57,572 nucleotides of DNA, filler included, from Clostridiaceae bacterium (GCA_012839865.1; 5 parts of 5 records of this genome joined end to end with filler, not necessarily neighbours in it), one strand, 5' to 3'; shown: positions 40,213 to 49,591, numbered from the whole stretch's first letter. Notes: a model not told the origin generated them from the sequence alone. Program-made: numbers and translations.

Positions 40213-41109
40213 ATGAAGATGAACAGGCTTTTTGAAATAATATATATTCTGATGAACAAGAATACGATAACTGCTAAAGAGCTGGCAGACCGTTTCGAAG
40301 TTTCCCAGCGCACCATTTATCGTGACATTGACATTCTTTCCCTTGCTGGAATCCCGGTGTATACCAGCAAGGGAAAGGGTGGAGGCATTAGTCTTGTTAA
40401 AAATTTTGTACTTGACAAGTCCATACTCAGTGAAAAAGAGCAAAGTGAAATTCTCTCCGCCCTGCACGCCCTTATAGCTATCAATGCAGCAGAAACAAAC
40501 GAAGTATTGAACAGACTCTCATCATTTTTCAACAAGGATGCAGTTCAGTGGATTGAGGTGGATTTTTCGAACTGGGGCAATCGAAACAGTAAAATATTCA
40601 GCCTGCTGAAAACTGCCATTCTTAACAGACGGATCGTAGAATTTGATTATTACAGCTCCTATGGCGAGAAAACTCATCGCCGGGTTGAGCCGGTGCGGCT
40701 TTGCTTCAAGGATCGGGCATGGTATATTAAAAGCTTTTGTCTTACTCGAAACAGTTTTCGCACCTTCAAACTGATGCGTATAAAAAACCTTACATTGACT
40801 AACGAAAACTATAAGCAGCGAGATTTATTCAGTGGTATGTCTGAAAGCAATTCCGTTTCCAAAAATAAAGTAACATTGAAGCTGAAAATTGCACCGGAAA
40901 TGACATATCGTGTTTACGATGAATTTGATGAATACCTCATCGTGAAAAACAGCGATGGCAGTCACACTGTGACAGTCACATGGCCTGAGGATGAATGGGT
41001 TTATGGATTTATCCTGTCCTTTGGCGAATATATCGAAGTGTTGGAACCTGAGCATATCAAAAATATCATTAAGGAAAAACTAAAAAAATCCCTCGGGAAA
41101 TATTTATAA
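40213..41109 (+). CDS. YafY-family HTH-WYL-WCX transcriptional regulator
   Basis: NRLFEIIYIL..ELADRFEVSQRTIYRDI, GKGGG, RRVEP, WYIKSFC..RTFKLMRI, C-terminal ILSFGEYIEVLEP. Confidence 0.93.
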   Translation: MKMNRLFEIIYILMNKNTITAKELADRFEVSQRTIYRDIDILSLAGIPVYTSKGKGGGISLVKNFVLDKSILSEKEQSEILSALHALIAINAAETNEVLNRLSSFFNKDAVQWIEVDFSNWGNRNSKIFSLLKTAILNRRIVEFDYYSSYGEKTHRRVEPVRLCFKDRAWYIKSFCLTRNSFRTFKLMRIKNLTLTNENYKQRDLFSGMSESNSVSKNKVTLKLKIAPEMTYRVYDEFDEYLIVKNSDGSHTVTVTWPEDEWVYGFILSFGEYIEVLEPEHIKNIIKEKLKKSLGKYL

Positions 41110-41111
41110 TC

Positions 41112-41145
41112 TGACATATTGGTGTCAAGTTTTCCGAATTATACT
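41112..41145 (+). promoter_or_regulatory. Putative WYL-regulator operator and -10 box
   Basis: Palindrome TGACA-N6-TGTCA (41112-41127) at the -35 position of TATACT (41140-41145), followed by RBS GGGAGG and ATG 41172. Confidence 0.6.
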
Positions 41146-41178
41146 GGAAGAAAAAACAGGGAGGTTTTTATATGCAAC

Positions 41179-41305
41179 GTGAACTACATCGCCATTGAAA
41201 TGGCGAGCTTCGAGCTCTCAACGAAACAATGACTGTTCCATCGGTACGCTTCCGGGGTGTCCAACCCCTCTACTGCTGGAATGGTTTTGTGGCCATTCCT
41301 ACACA
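41179..41305 (-). mobile_element. IS200/IS605-family right end (TnpB omega/reRNA region), copy 1
   Basis: The minus strand ends GAAGCTCGCCATTTCAATGGCGATGTAGTTCAC: subterminal hairpin plus TTCAC. It is identical over 127 bp to 52691-52817, and the contig breaks inside it. Confidence 0.75.
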
Positions 41306-41405
41306 NNNNNNNNNNNNNNNNNNNNNNNNNNNNNNNNNNNNNNNNNNNNTTAATTAATTAANNNNNNNNNNNNNNNNNNNNNNNNNNNNNNNNNNNNNNN
41401 NNNNN
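41306..41405. other. Artificial contig spacer
   Basis: 44 N + TTAATTAATTAA + 44 N. Confidence 0.97.
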
Positions 41406-41519
41406 ATCCTGGTATCAATATTTAAATCAATATAGTACTCTCAATCTCTTTAAAATCAATGCCTTTAGCCGTATTCCTTAATCCTAACATACACCTTATC
41501 CCTCTCCCCCTAAAAATCA

Positions 41520-41568
41520 AAAATCCCGCAGCAAATGAAGATTTCTCCTGCATCTGCTACGGGATTTT
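41520..41568 (-). terminator. Terminator after glmS
   Basis: AAAATCCCGCAGCAAATG / CATCTGCTACGGGATTTT interrupted IR. Confidence 0.65.
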
Positions 41569-41628
41569 GGAACGAACTTTATTTTTATAGAGCGAACTTT
41601 ATTTTCATGGAGTGAACTTTATTTGAAT
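41569..41628. repeat. Three tandem 20-bp repeats
   Basis: Core GAACTTTATTT at 41574, 41594 and 41614. Confidence 0.7.
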
Positions 41629-41660
41629 TATACAACAACAGTATTCTAACCTGTTTTCAC

Positions 41661-43472
41661 CTATTCCACAGTCACACTCTTGGCCAAATTGCGCGGTTTA
41701 TCTATATCCAGCCCCTTGTTTGCGGCGACATAATAGCTGAACAACTGCAGGTAGACAACCGACAGGGATGGGGCAAACAGTTCATTTATTTTGGGAAGTT
41801 CAATAATCTCAAGTCTTTCCCCCGGAACAGCTTTTATACAGTTTCCAATAAAAAGCACCTTGGCTCCCCGGCTTATAACCTGCTCAGCATTGCTGTAGAT
41901 TTTTTCATACAGTCTTTCACAGCAGGAAATGGCTACAACCAGTGTATTATCTTCAATCAGTGAAATGGTGCCATGCTTGAGTTCGCCACCTGCATACGCC
42001 TCGGAATGTATATAGGAAATTTCCTTAAGTTTTAATGAGCCTTCCATGGCGATGGCATAGTCTATATTTCTGCCTATAAAGAAAATACTTTTATAACCTA
42101 CACAAGTGGCAGCATATTTTTGCACAGGGTCAATCCGCTTCAGCATCCCGGTTGCTATATCAGGCAAGGATGCAATTTCTGCAAAAAGGTTGTCTGCTGC
42201 CTCTTTTGTTATTTTACCAAGCTTTTTGGCAAAGGACACCGCCAATATGTAAAGCAACACCAGTTGCGCTGAAAAAGCTTTGGTGGTAGCTACAGCAATC
42301 TCTGGGCCAGCCATGGTATACAAGGTATAATCCGACTCTCTGGCAATTGTGCTGCCAACAACATTAACAATGGATAATGTCGCAGCGCCCTTTCGTTTAG
42401 CCTCTCTCATTGCGGCAATGGTATCAGCAGTTTCACCCGATTGACTGACCAGAATAACCAAAGTATTGCAATCGACTATAGGATCTTTGTAACGAAATTC
42501 ACTGGCCAGTTCCACTTCCACCGTTATGCGGCAAAGCTGTTCAAATACATATTTGGACACCATGCCTGCATTGTATGCCGAACCACAGGCTGTAATTACA
42601 ATTCTGTTAAACCGGGATACATCCAACCCGTCAATAATCCTTCGGTTATCGCCGCATCCCAGGGCAGATTGAACAGTTTCCTTCAAAACTCTGGGTTGTT
42701 CCATTATTTCCTTGAGCATGAAATGCTCGTATCCACCCTTTTCAGCACTGTCAATGCTCCAGGTAATAGTCTCAGGCTCCTTGTGTACAGGCTCCCTGTC
42801 CATGTTGTAGAACTCGACGCTGGTTTTGGTCAATACGGCAATTTCTTTATCATTCAGGTAATAAACCTTGTTGGTATGGGCAAGGACTGCCGGCACATCC
42901 GAAGCTATAAAAATTCCATGGTCTGCAACACCAATGATAAGCGGATTGTCCTTCTTTATGGCAATCAGCCTGTCAGGTTCATCAAGACACATAATACCTA
43001 ATGCATAAGACCCTTCCAGGTTGCCTGCTGTCTTGATAACAGCTTCAACGATGTCTCCGTTGTAATAATACTCAGCCAATTGGGCTATAACCTCGCTGTC
43101 AGTTTGGGAAACAAAATTCGTACCCTTCTGTTCCAGGCGCTCTTTAATTTGTCTGTAGTTTTCGATAATCCCGTTGTGTACTATGGCAATTTTATTCTGA
43201 CTGCCCAAATGGGGGTGCGAGTTTATATCTGACGGTTTACCGTGAGTTGCCCACCGGGTATGTCCAATCCCCATATATCCAGACATGGGTCTTTGGCTTA
43301 TTAATGCTTCCAGTTCTGATAGACGTCCCTTTTGTTTGACAACATCAAAACCATTATTATTCATAACCGCAATGCCGGAAGAATCATATCCCCTGTACTC
43401 CAACCTTTTTAACCCATCCAGAATAATCGGCACCGCATTTTGAGTTCCTACATATCCAATAATACCGCACAT
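41661..43472 (-). CDS. glmS: Glutamine-fructose-6-phosphate aminotransferase
   Basis: MCGIIGY, LEYRGYDSSG, GHTRWATHG, SQSGETADT, C-terminal PRNLAKSVTVE. Confidence 0.96.
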   Translation of the reverse strand: MCGIIGYVGTQNAVPIILDGLKRLEYRGYDSSGIAVMNNNGFDVVKQKGRLSELEALISQRPMSGYMGIGHTRWATHGKPSDINSHPHLGSQNKIAIVHNGIIENYRQIKERLEQKGTNFVSQTDSEVIAQLAEYYYNGDIVEAVIKTAGNLEGSYALGIMCLDEPDRLIAIKKDNPLIIGVADHGIFIASDVPAVLAHTNKVYYLNDKEIAVLTKTSVEFYNMDREPVHKEPETITWSIDSAEKGGYEHFMLKEIMEQPRVLKETVQSALGCGDNRRIIDGLDVSRFNRIVITACGSAYNAGMVSKYVFEQLCRITVEVELASEFRYKDPIVDCNTLVILVSQSGETADTIAAMREAKRKGAATLSIVNVVGSTIARESDYTLYTMAGPEIAVATTKAFSAQLVLLYILAVSFAKKLGKITKEAADNLFAEIASLPDIATGMLKRIDPVQKYAATCVGYKSIFFIGRNIDYAIAMEGSLKLKEISYIHSEAYAGGELKHGTISLIEDNTLVVAISCCERLYEKIYSNAEQVISRGAKVLFIGNCIKAVPGERLEIIELPKINELFAPSLSVVYLQLFSYYVAANKGLDIDKPRNLAKSVTVE

Positions 43473-43528
43473 GCCTACCTCACCTGCTTTCTAAGTATTT
43501 TACCTGCTATAAACTGCAATGGCATAGC

Positions 43529-43669
43529 AAAAAAAAATAAAAAACGCTCATCACATAATGCGCACAACATAATGAATGAGCGTTCGAAACTCATTCATAA
43601 ACGCATTATCTGATGAACGCCATTGTTCAATCATTTTCAATTATATTGCGTGACTGATTGGATTGTCAA
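43529..43669 (-). promoter_or_regulatory. glmS promoter with attenuator-like leader
   Basis: TTGACA-N18-TATAAT, mutually exclusive stems, and a terminator with a long U tract before the glmS RBS. Confidence 0.6.
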
Positions 43670-43730
43670 CGAGGCTCGTTACTTATTTTGCGCTTTTTAA
43701 AATTCTCTCATTTTCTTTCAGCGCTTATTA

Positions 43731-44648
43731 TCATACCCCTTCTCCATTGAACTCCGGAATAAAGCTTTCCAAAGCTGTCTCCCCTTCCTGGACAAATCCC
43801 TGCTCCAACCCGATTTCAATGGCATAATCAACAAGTTCTTCATATTCTTCTTCCGTTATCCTTCGGTTGAGTTCCGGGTATGCCATATTTCTTGCCATAG
43901 GAGTGTATTGATTCATTATGCTGATGTATATCCTGTCCCCATAAGTCTCATACAAGTATTTTATAATTCTTTTGGAGTCCTCAAGATGTCCCGGCAAAGT
44001 CAGGTGCCTGACTATCACACCTCTTTGCATTATGCCCCGGTTGTCAAAGACTGCTTCATTTACCTGCCGGACCATTTCACGAATTGCCGCTGCTGCAACC
44101 GTAAAATAATTCCTGCATTTGGAGTACTTCATGGCGGGCTCTGCCGACATATATTTAAAATCAGGCAAGTATATATCAACATATCCCTCAAGCAGTTTCA
44201 AGGTTTCCACTTTCTCATATCCGCTGCAATTATAAACAACAGGAAGCGCAAGTCCTTTTTTGCGTGCAATGTCCAAAGCCCCAATAATATGTGGCACAAA
44301 GTGGCTTGGCGTAACCAGATTGATATTATTGGCTCCTTTGCCCTGGAGCTCCAGAAAAATTTCAGCAAGCCTTTCTATTGTTATTACCTTCCCTGCCAAA
44401 CCTTTTGAAATATTGCTGTTCTGGCAATATACACAACCCAGAGCGCAACCGGAGAAAAATACCGTACCCGAGCCTTCTTTTCCTGATATGCAAGGCTCCT
44501 CCCACATATGGAGTGCTGCTCTTGCCACCACCAATTCATCAGTAGCTTTGCAATAACCTTTTTTACCGGCAGTTCTGTCCACATGACATTCCCTGGGGCA
44601 AAGCATACAATCTTTTAAAAGTGTTGAATATATCATATTAAGCATCAA
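43731..44648 (-). CDS. Radical SAM protein, PflX-like
   Basis: CMLCPRECHVDR, HMWEEPCISG..SGTVFFSGCALGCVYCQN, NINLVTPSH, YLPDFKY. Confidence 0.88.
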   Translation of the reverse strand: MMLNMIYSTLLKDCMLCPRECHVDRTAGKKGYCKATDELVVARAALHMWEEPCISGKEGSGTVFFSGCALGCVYCQNSNISKGLAGKVITIERLAEIFLELQGKGANNINLVTPSHFVPHIIGALDIARKKGLALPVVYNCSGYEKVETLKLLEGYVDIYLPDFKYMSAEPAMKYSKCRNYFTVAAAAIREMVRQVNEAVFDNRGIMQRGVIVRHLTLPGHLEDSKRIIKYLYETYGDRIYISIMNQYTPMARNMAYPELNRRITEEEYEELVDYAIEIGLEQGFVQEGETALESFIPEFNGEGV

Positions 44649-44933
44649 ACCTTTTCAAATCCAAACAAGTTACCGGCAGCGAAAATAATCGGTATCACTG
44701 CCTTTTCTGACTTTAATATAAAGTCTACACATAAAAAAATTCTTTGCAATTGCTTGTTTTCTGCTTCCAAATTCGCCAGTATAGAAGCCATTGCGACGAT
44801 ATTTTTTAAACATGAAAATAACATTTTCAATGAATTCATTTTATACCTGTAAACATTCAGAACACAATAATTAGTCAATCCTTTTTCTATGATAATATAA
44901 AAAAAGAAATAAAAACAAGGAAGTGTTGATAAC

Positions 44934-45094
44934 ATGAGTTTTTATAATAAAACAGTGATTGTTACAGGAGCCGGAAATGGCATCGGAAAGGAAATCGCTT
45001 TTCATTATGCGAAAAAAGGCGCAAATGTTGTAGTCGCAGAAATAGATGCAACAGCCGGGACCCAAACAATGAACTTCTTGAAGTTGGTTGCTTA
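44934..45094 (+). pseudogene. N-terminal remnant of a short-chain dehydrogenase (SDR)
   Basis: KTVIVTGAGNGIGKEIA..GANVVVAEID. After about 50 codons the ORF becomes the antisense of pcm. Confidence 0.75.
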
Positions 45095-45688
45095 TCAACA
45101 GCAGCCATCCCATCCATACTGCCCTTTAAGTTCAACAAATCTGACCATCCCGACGGTTTTGGTCTGTATACCGCCATCATCTGTCTTTGTAACAAGCTGT
45201 AGTTCCTGCAAATTTGGCGGGCCGATTGGAATAACCATCCTGCCGCCAATTGCCAGCTGGCTGACCAGGTCCTCCGGCAAAACACCCGCTGCCGCAGTTA
45301 CCATAATCCTGTCATAGGGGGCATACTCCAGCCAACCCTTACTCCCGTCCCCGACTTTAAAATATATATTCGAAAAATTCAATGCGGCCAATCTCACTTT
45401 GGCTTTTTTCATCAATTCGTCAATTCTTTCAACTGTATATACTTTTGCTGACATTTTAGCAAGAAGAGCTGTCTGAAAACCAGAACCTGTTCCAATCTCC
45501 AAAACCTTGCTATCCTTTTCAGGTGCCAGAATATTTGTCATTTCCAACACAAGACTGGGTTGGGAAATTGTTTGTCCAAATCCTATGGGTAAAGGCGTGT
45601 CCAGAACTGCATATTTTTTCATATCATTATCGATGAAAAATGAACGGTCCAGTGAGTGGAAATATGCTTCAAGTTCCTGCTGATCCAT
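45095..45688 (-). CDS. pcm: Protein-L-isoaspartate O-methyltransferase
   Basis: GQTISQPS, VLEIGTGSG, GDGSKG..APYDRIMVTAAA, GGRMVIPIG. Confidence 0.92.
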   Translation of the reverse strand: MDQQELEAYFHSLDRSFFIDNDMKKYAVLDTPLPIGFGQTISQPSLVLEMTNILAPEKDSKVLEIGTGSGFQTALLAKMSAKVYTVERIDELMKKAKVRLAALNFSNIYFKVGDGSKGWLEYAPYDRIMVTAAAGVLPEDLVSQLAIGGRMVIPIGPPNLQELQLVTKTDDGGIQTKTVGMVRFVELKGQYGWDGCC

Positions 45689-45826
45689 TTCATTTCACCT
45701 CATTTTTCTGAAAATAATATTTAAAAGTTCACTTGCCCTTTGATAATTTGTACAGGTCCCAATCCCCGATACCGGAACACAAAATGCCCCACAGGTATCT
45801 CATAGATTTCGGAACCTGTCGATTAA

Positions 45827-47902
45827 TTACAACTCAACCTGCGCTATCATGTTGGCTAATTTATCAGACGACTCCATATTCATCTGCATAGCATTATTAA
45901 TATCTTGTATTGTGCCAACCGTTTCACTATTCTGCCCGGCAATATCAGCTGACGCTGCTGTTGCCTGTTGTATTGTTGCAGATACATCATTTATGGACAT
46001 TGCTACATTGTTTATCGTTGCTGTAAGTTCCTTTACCGTATTTGACAGTTCACTTAAAACTACGCTCAATGCAGATCCGTCATTTTTATAATTTTCTATT
46101 GCAGTTAACATTAAGCTATAATCACTTAAAACATTTTTATCCATAAACTTCAACAGATTGCTTGTAGCTAAAATCAGTTTATTTACAGATATATTTATTT
46201 CTTCAACAAATTGCTTTATCCGTCCTGCAGATTTATCAGATTCTTCTGATAATGCTTTTACTTGCTCTGCTACAACTCTAAATCCTTTGCCGTTCTCACC
46301 TGCATTGGCAGCCTCTATGGAAGCATTTAGCGATAGCAGCTTGGTTTTCTTCGCAATATCCAGAATCACATCTGCCAAAATTTTAACCTGTTCAACATTC
46401 TTTGCAGACTCTACTGCCGACTCTACTTCATCTTTAGCCATATTCAGGATGTTCATCGTATTGTTTTTAGACTCTATGAACTGCCTGTCCAACTCCACTG
46501 CCTTCCTGGCCATCTCATTTGCTGTTTTTGCGCCTTCTTCCGCTTTACCGGCAAAGACAGACATTGCACTGTTTAATTCATCAACTGATTGTGTTATGGT
46601 TACAGCCGCAGCACTGGTTTCTTCCATACCGGCTGACAGCTCTTGGGTCGAAGCCAATACCCCTTCTGAAAGGCTTAACAGTTTGCTTGTCTTCTCCAGG
46701 GTGGTATTATAAATTTTATTATTTATTGCCGATAGCTCATTCAAGTCAGCTGTGAAGTTTCTCAGCTTGTCCATTGTCTCTTTAACAGCCTTTACTATCT
46801 CGCCTGCTTCATCTTTCCTTTTTAAGTAAGTATCATCTATATCCATGTTTAATTTTAACATGGATATATTATTTGCCATTGTCTTTGCCGCCATAACCGG
46901 TTTGGCTATATTGCCTGCAGTAATAAGAGAAACCACTATGCCTGCACACAACAATATTATGGATAAAATCAAGGTTATTCTTGCAAACTTGTATTCCGCC
47001 TCAAGTATTGCATCTTTATTAACTGCTATTCCTAAACCCCAACCCGACTCATCCAATGTATCAATGAAGAATGCCCTCTCTACTCCATCGTAATCTTTTA
47101 TAATTCTTTGATTTAGCGATAAGTTTCTTGAGTTTTTTAAATCGTTTATTTTACCTCCCAGTATATCTGCTGCATTGGTTACTTTATCAGGTTTTGCTGA
47201 AAATTCCGGATTAGGATGATTGATTATGTTTCCGTGTCTGTCTATTAAAAATATGTACGATTTATCAGCATCATTTATTGTGCTTTCAAAGTCCGCACTG
47301 TTCCGGGTGGCTGAAGTCACAGTATCTACCGCATGCTGTCCAATATAGTATACCAACTCGTTCATATTTGATATTTGCATGTCTACTCCCAATACTGCTA
47401 TTCTACCATCTCTCAGAGTAATTTCCTTTGATAATGTCAGTACCAAATCATGTGTCTTGGCATCTACATAGGGGTCACACACATAAATTTTTCCGCTGTT
47501 CTCTTTTGCCTTGACGTACCATTCCCTGGTTAAAAGATTGTGGTCACCATCCGGTATCAATCCGGACGCATCAATAATTGTTCCATCATCAAAGGCCATG
47601 TAATAGAGATTCCCAAAGTTCATATCCCCGGTCTTTTCCAGCACCTTATATAATGCATCGAAATTATAGTCTTCAGCCATAATTACTCTCTCAGCCACTA
47701 TATCCAGGTTCTGCTTTTCTTTCACTATCCACTCGTCAATATCATGGGCTTTCAGTTTAACTTCCGCCAATACCTTGTCTTGCAAAGTATCCTTCAAATA
47801 TTCCGATGATATGAATTTGTTTACTGCCCAAAGTGCTCCAACGCATACAATACACATAATTGCTGCAATCAAACTTATCTTATACTTAATCCTCATACAC
47901 AT
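45827..47902 (-). CDS. Methyl-accepting chemotaxis protein (Cache-HAMP-MA)
   Basis: Two TM helices, dCache (REWY, PYVD), HAMP (RKDEAG), TKLLSLNASIEAANAGENGKGFRVVA. Confidence 0.92.
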   Translation of the reverse strand: MCMRIKYKISLIAAIMCIVCVGALWAVNKFISSEYLKDTLQDKVLAEVKLKAHDIDEWIVKEKQNLDIVAERVIMAEDYNFDALYKVLEKTGDMNFGNLYYMAFDDGTIIDASGLIPDGDHNLLTREWYVKAKENSGKIYVCDPYVDAKTHDLVLTLSKEITLRDGRIAVLGVDMQISNMNELVYYIGQHAVDTVTSATRNSADFESTINDADKSYIFLIDRHGNIINHPNPEFSAKPDKVTNAADILGGKINDLKNSRNLSLNQRIIKDYDGVERAFFIDTLDESGWGLGIAVNKDAILEAEYKFARITLILSIILLCAGIVVSLITAGNIAKPVMAAKTMANNISMLKLNMDIDDTYLKRKDEAGEIVKAVKETMDKLRNFTADLNELSAINNKIYNTTLEKTSKLLSLSEGVLASTQELSAGMEETSAAAVTITQSVDELNSAMSVFAGKAEEGAKTANEMARKAVELDRQFIESKNNTMNILNMAKDEVESAVESAKNVEQVKILADVILDIAKKTKLLSLNASIEAANAGENGKGFRVVAEQVKALSEESDKSAGRIKQFVEEINISVNKLILATSNLLKFMDKNVLSDYSLMLTAIENYKNDGSALSVVLSELSNTVKELTATINNVAMSINDVSATIQQATAASADIAGQNSETVGTIQDINNAMQMNMESSDKLANMIAQVEL

Positions 47903-48146
47903 CCTCCAATTTGCTTTAGCGTATGTTGTATCTGTTGCTTTATTTCAACTTCTTGTTGTATAGTATAACACAACGTTGATTACGCTGCGTAGCTTTATAT
48001 AAACAAATATTTTCCCGCATTTTCAGATATTAAAACACAGCTGTTCACAATATATATAATCCAGTAATTTACAATATATAGAGTTCATGATACAATGCAA
48101 TTAAGTATTTCCATTTATAATTCAAATTTGAAAGTAGGGTTTTGTC

Positions 48147-48626
48147 ATGAACGAATTTGCGAAGAACAATCAGGAACTGCTCAGGTTGATTGATGAATGG
48201 GAGCAGAAATTGCTGCAGCTTCCGGAAGATTTGATAACCAGAAAAAGAACCCCCCAAAGCTGGTCAATCAAGGAGATTATAGGACATTTGGTAGATTCTG
48301 CGTCAAACAATACTCATAGAATAATCCATTTGCAATACCAGGAAAGTCCATTGAAATTTCCCGACTACGCCAGCTTCGGAAATAATGACAAATGGGTTGA
48401 AATACAGAATTATCAAGATGAAAACTGGCATGACCTCGTGCAGCTATGGAAATATTCCAATATCCATATTGCTCATGTTATAGACAACGTGTCCATGGAA
48501 AAACTGGACAATGTATGGATTAATGCGCTAAACAAAACTATCTCCTTAAGATCGATGATCACGAACTATGTTGAACATTTCAAGGTGCATTTGAAGGATA
48601 TTGAGAACCTGATAAACAGCAATTAA
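48147..48626 (+). CDS. DinB-family protein
   Basis: WSIKEIIGHLVDSA..N, C-terminal YVEHFKVHL. Confidence 0.85.
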   Translation: MNEFAKNNQELLRLIDEWEQKLLQLPEDLITRKRTPQSWSIKEIIGHLVDSASNNTHRIIHLQYQESPLKFPDYASFGNNDKWVEIQNYQDENWHDLVQLWKYSNIHIAHVIDNVSMEKLDNVWINALNKTISLRSMITNYVEHFKVHLKDIENLINSN

Positions 48627-48844
48627 TCATTGCTGTTTTTTACAATTGCTATCAATCCATATCCTCCTGTTTGTTGTGCAGAAGCCATGGGTAAACATTA
48701 ATTACCGGAAAAATTCACTCTGCCATAATAAAAGTGATTAAAACAGGCAATATTGCAAATAACAGCAAGCATATATATTAAAAGCCATCCCGGGAATACT
48801 TGTTCAGCCTCTCCGGGAAAATATCTTCAAAGGAGGTTAATACC

Positions 48845-49072
48845 ATGGGCAAGGTTATCGATTTATCCAAAAGTGTCTACGAAATATGCAATGAACATCC
48901 AGATGTGGCCGCTATAATGAAAGACTTGGGTTTTGAAAGCATTACCAATCCGGGCATGCTGAAAACCGCCGGCAGGTTTATGACTATTCCAAAAGGTGCC
49001 GCCATGAAAAACATCCCTATGGAAAAAATAAAAGAAGCTTTTGCACTAAAGGGGTATGATTTAAAAGAATAG
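48845..49072 (+). CDS. DUF1858-domain protein
   Basis: RBS GGAGG, IDLSKSVYEI..HPDV..LGFESI..TAGRFMTIPKGA. Confidence 0.8.
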   Translation: MGKVIDLSKSVYEICNEHPDVAAIMKDLGFESITNPGMLKTAGRFMTIPKGAAMKNIPMEKIKEAFALKGYDLKE

Positions 49073-49270
49073 CGATGAATTACACCAAAGTTTATTTCTT
49101 ACTGCTTCTAGTATTTTTTTGCGATATTCTAAAATATTATTCAAGCAAAAGTGTTAACTTTATATTTCATATACCAATTGCTGACCAAGCGGAAGTGCAG
49201 CGTACAGTAATTGACATATATGGTCTGAAGCTGTATAATAGTGACATTACAGCGAAAGGTGGTGAGGGGT

Positions 49271-49471
49271 ATGAATATCAGCACGTTTTTCAGTTACGGT
49301 AAAGTATACTTGAACTGCGAGTATATAAAAGGCTTCGCATTCAAAAATGCGGCTTTATGGGTGAAGTCTGCCCTTTTGCATATAATTTGTAACATTTTGG
49401 CAATATTTCAGGATCAGTATGGCCACTTTCACCGAATCAGATACCTCTTGCCATGCAATCATACCACCTGA
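49271..49471 (+). CDS. Candidate 66-aa small protein with its own promoter and terminator
   Basis: TTGACA-N17-TATAAT (49211-49239), RBS AAAGGTGGTGA, terminator at 49563-49591. Confidence 0.4.
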   Translation: MNISTFFSYGKVYLNCEYIKGFAFKNAALWVKSALLHIICNILAIFQDQYGHFHRIRYLLPCNHTT

Positions 49472-49562
49472 CAGAGCAAGAAGCTCCGCTTGCAGTACAA
49501 GTACTATTCCTTTGACATAAGCCGTTGCTCTGTTAAACGGGTTGAATCAAATGCAGAACATC

Positions 49563-49591
49563 CAGGTATCCGGTCGGATACCTGTTTTTTT
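49563..49591 (+). terminator. Intrinsic terminator
   Basis: CAGGTATCCG / CGGATACCTG followed by T7. Confidence 0.8.

Noticed and set aside
40213..41305. WYL gene next to a repeated sequence as a CRISPR or defence locus
   Set aside because: No repeat-spacer array or cas/defence genes anywhere in the window. The regulator is the common YafY type and the repeat is an IS end.
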